A stretch of DNA of 25,267 bases. Origin: an uncultured Candidatus Saccharibacteria bacterium. Lineage in GTDB: Bacteria; Patescibacteriota; Minisyncoccia; Phycocordibacterales; Phycocordibacteraceae. The notes beneath the pieces are model-generated. The model had not been told where the DNA came from. It saw only the letters and a program-made list of their open reading frames with translations, and searched no databases. Shown piece after piece: positions 24,656 through 25,267 of this stretch. Position numbers and translations under genes: made by a program. The stretch is from the NCBI GenBank assembly GCA_964349035.1, contig CAYGEV010000001.1, positions 1-25,267 of the forward strand. Direction: 5' to 3'. Position 1 is the stretch's first letter; the number at the start of each line of letters is the position of its first letter.

Positions 24656-25267
24656 AAACTCTCGAAAATAAAAAAGCGGTGATTACTGGAGGAAGTCGCG
24701 GTATCGGCAAGGCAATTGCCGTAGAATATCTGAAAGAGGGAGCTGAAGTGTTCTTAGTCGCACGTAGCGCAGAAGAACTCAAACAGACTCAGACTGAGTT
24801 GCAGACATTCGGTATCGTCCACAGCAGGGTCGTTGATATGTCGCAAGAAGGAGAGGTGAAGCTTTTAGCTGATGAAATTTCGAGTACATGTGGCACCATT
24901 GATATCTTAGTGAATGCCGCTGGGGTGTATGGACCTATTGGTCCGAGTACTGATGTTAATCCAAAAGAGTGGAGACAGGCGCTCGATGTAAACCTGTTTG
25001 GGCCATTTCTCGGCATACATTTTCTTGTACCACTTATGAAAAACAACACTGGAGGCGTTGTCATTAACTTTGTTGGTGGTGGTGAGGGTGCATATCCAAA
25101 CGCAAGTTCATACGTGGCCGCAAAGGGCGGTATTGCTCGCCTTACAGAGACGGTGGCGGCTGAACTCAAAGACCGCAAGATATGGGTAAATGCTATTTCT
25201 CCTGGAGCGGTGAATACGAAACTCCTTGAAGATTGGAGGAAGTTGCAGACCTCGGATCATTTCTATT
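24652..25267 (+). CDS. Short-chain dehydrogenase/reductase paralogous to 22795, runs off the window edge, possible frameshift near 25232
   Basis: Absent from the ORF track (no stop in the window). Hand translation: MKTLENKKAVITGGSRGIG...DILVNAAGVYGPIGP...YVAAK...VNAISPGAVNT. ATGA overlap with the upstream gene. Confidence 0.85.
   Translation, partial: MKTLENKKAVITGGSRGIGKAIAVEYLKEGAEVFLVARSAEELKQTQTELQTFGIVHSRVVDMSQEGEVKLLADEISSTCGTIDILVNAAGVYGPIGPSTDVNPKEWRQALDVNLFGPFLGIHFLVPLMKNNTGGVVINFVGGGEGAYPNASSYVAAKGGIARLTETVAAELKDRKIWVNAISPGAVNTKLLEDWRKLQTSDHFY

Noticed and set aside
22791-25178. Two similar antisense ORFs (22791-23135 and 24789-25178) sharing GPIGPY.PAAFT.ISMVP
   Set aside because: The similarity is fully explained by the paralogous SDRs on the + strand.
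1-25267. CRISPR arrays, tRNA/rRNA, IS/transposase or integrase
   Set aside because: No spaced repeats, structural RNA motifs or recombinase ORFs were seen by eye; a covariance-model search was not possible.

Overview
The whole window is a surface-glycan biosynthesis locus of about 26 genes, nearly all on the + strand. Several protein N-termini and the scarcity of Shine-Dalgarno sites suggest a Patescibacteria/CPR (Parcubacteria-like) host; this is inference, not demonstrated. The left part (47-16601) has four GT4 domains, one GT2, a CE4 deacetylase, a CapE/FnlA-type dehydratase, six SAM-methyltransferase domains (one fused to a GT4), a reverse-strand flippase, a secreted LamG protein and a GMC/Gfo-Idh-MocA oxidoreductase pair. 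The right part (16646-25267) is a higher-carbon nucleotide-sugar module: epimerase, GHMP kinase, transaldolase, divergent GmhA, GmhB, a UDP-glucose-dehydrogenase homologue lacking the catalytic Cys, a Gfo/Idh/MocA protein and two paralogous SDRs. By family this set matches the lincosamide GDP-octose pathway (LmbM, P, R, N, K, L, Z) better than a plain GDP-heptose pathway. It may make an eight-carbon (or modified seven-carbon) sugar for a cell-surface glycan. No nucleotidyltransferase is seen in the window, and a high-GC reverse-strand DUF218-like gene interrupts the module. Several genes have -10-like hexamers only 7-9 nt before the ATG. A perfect 11-bp palindrome of two such boxes covers the flippase start codon. 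No rRNA, tRNA, CRISPR array or transposase was recognised.
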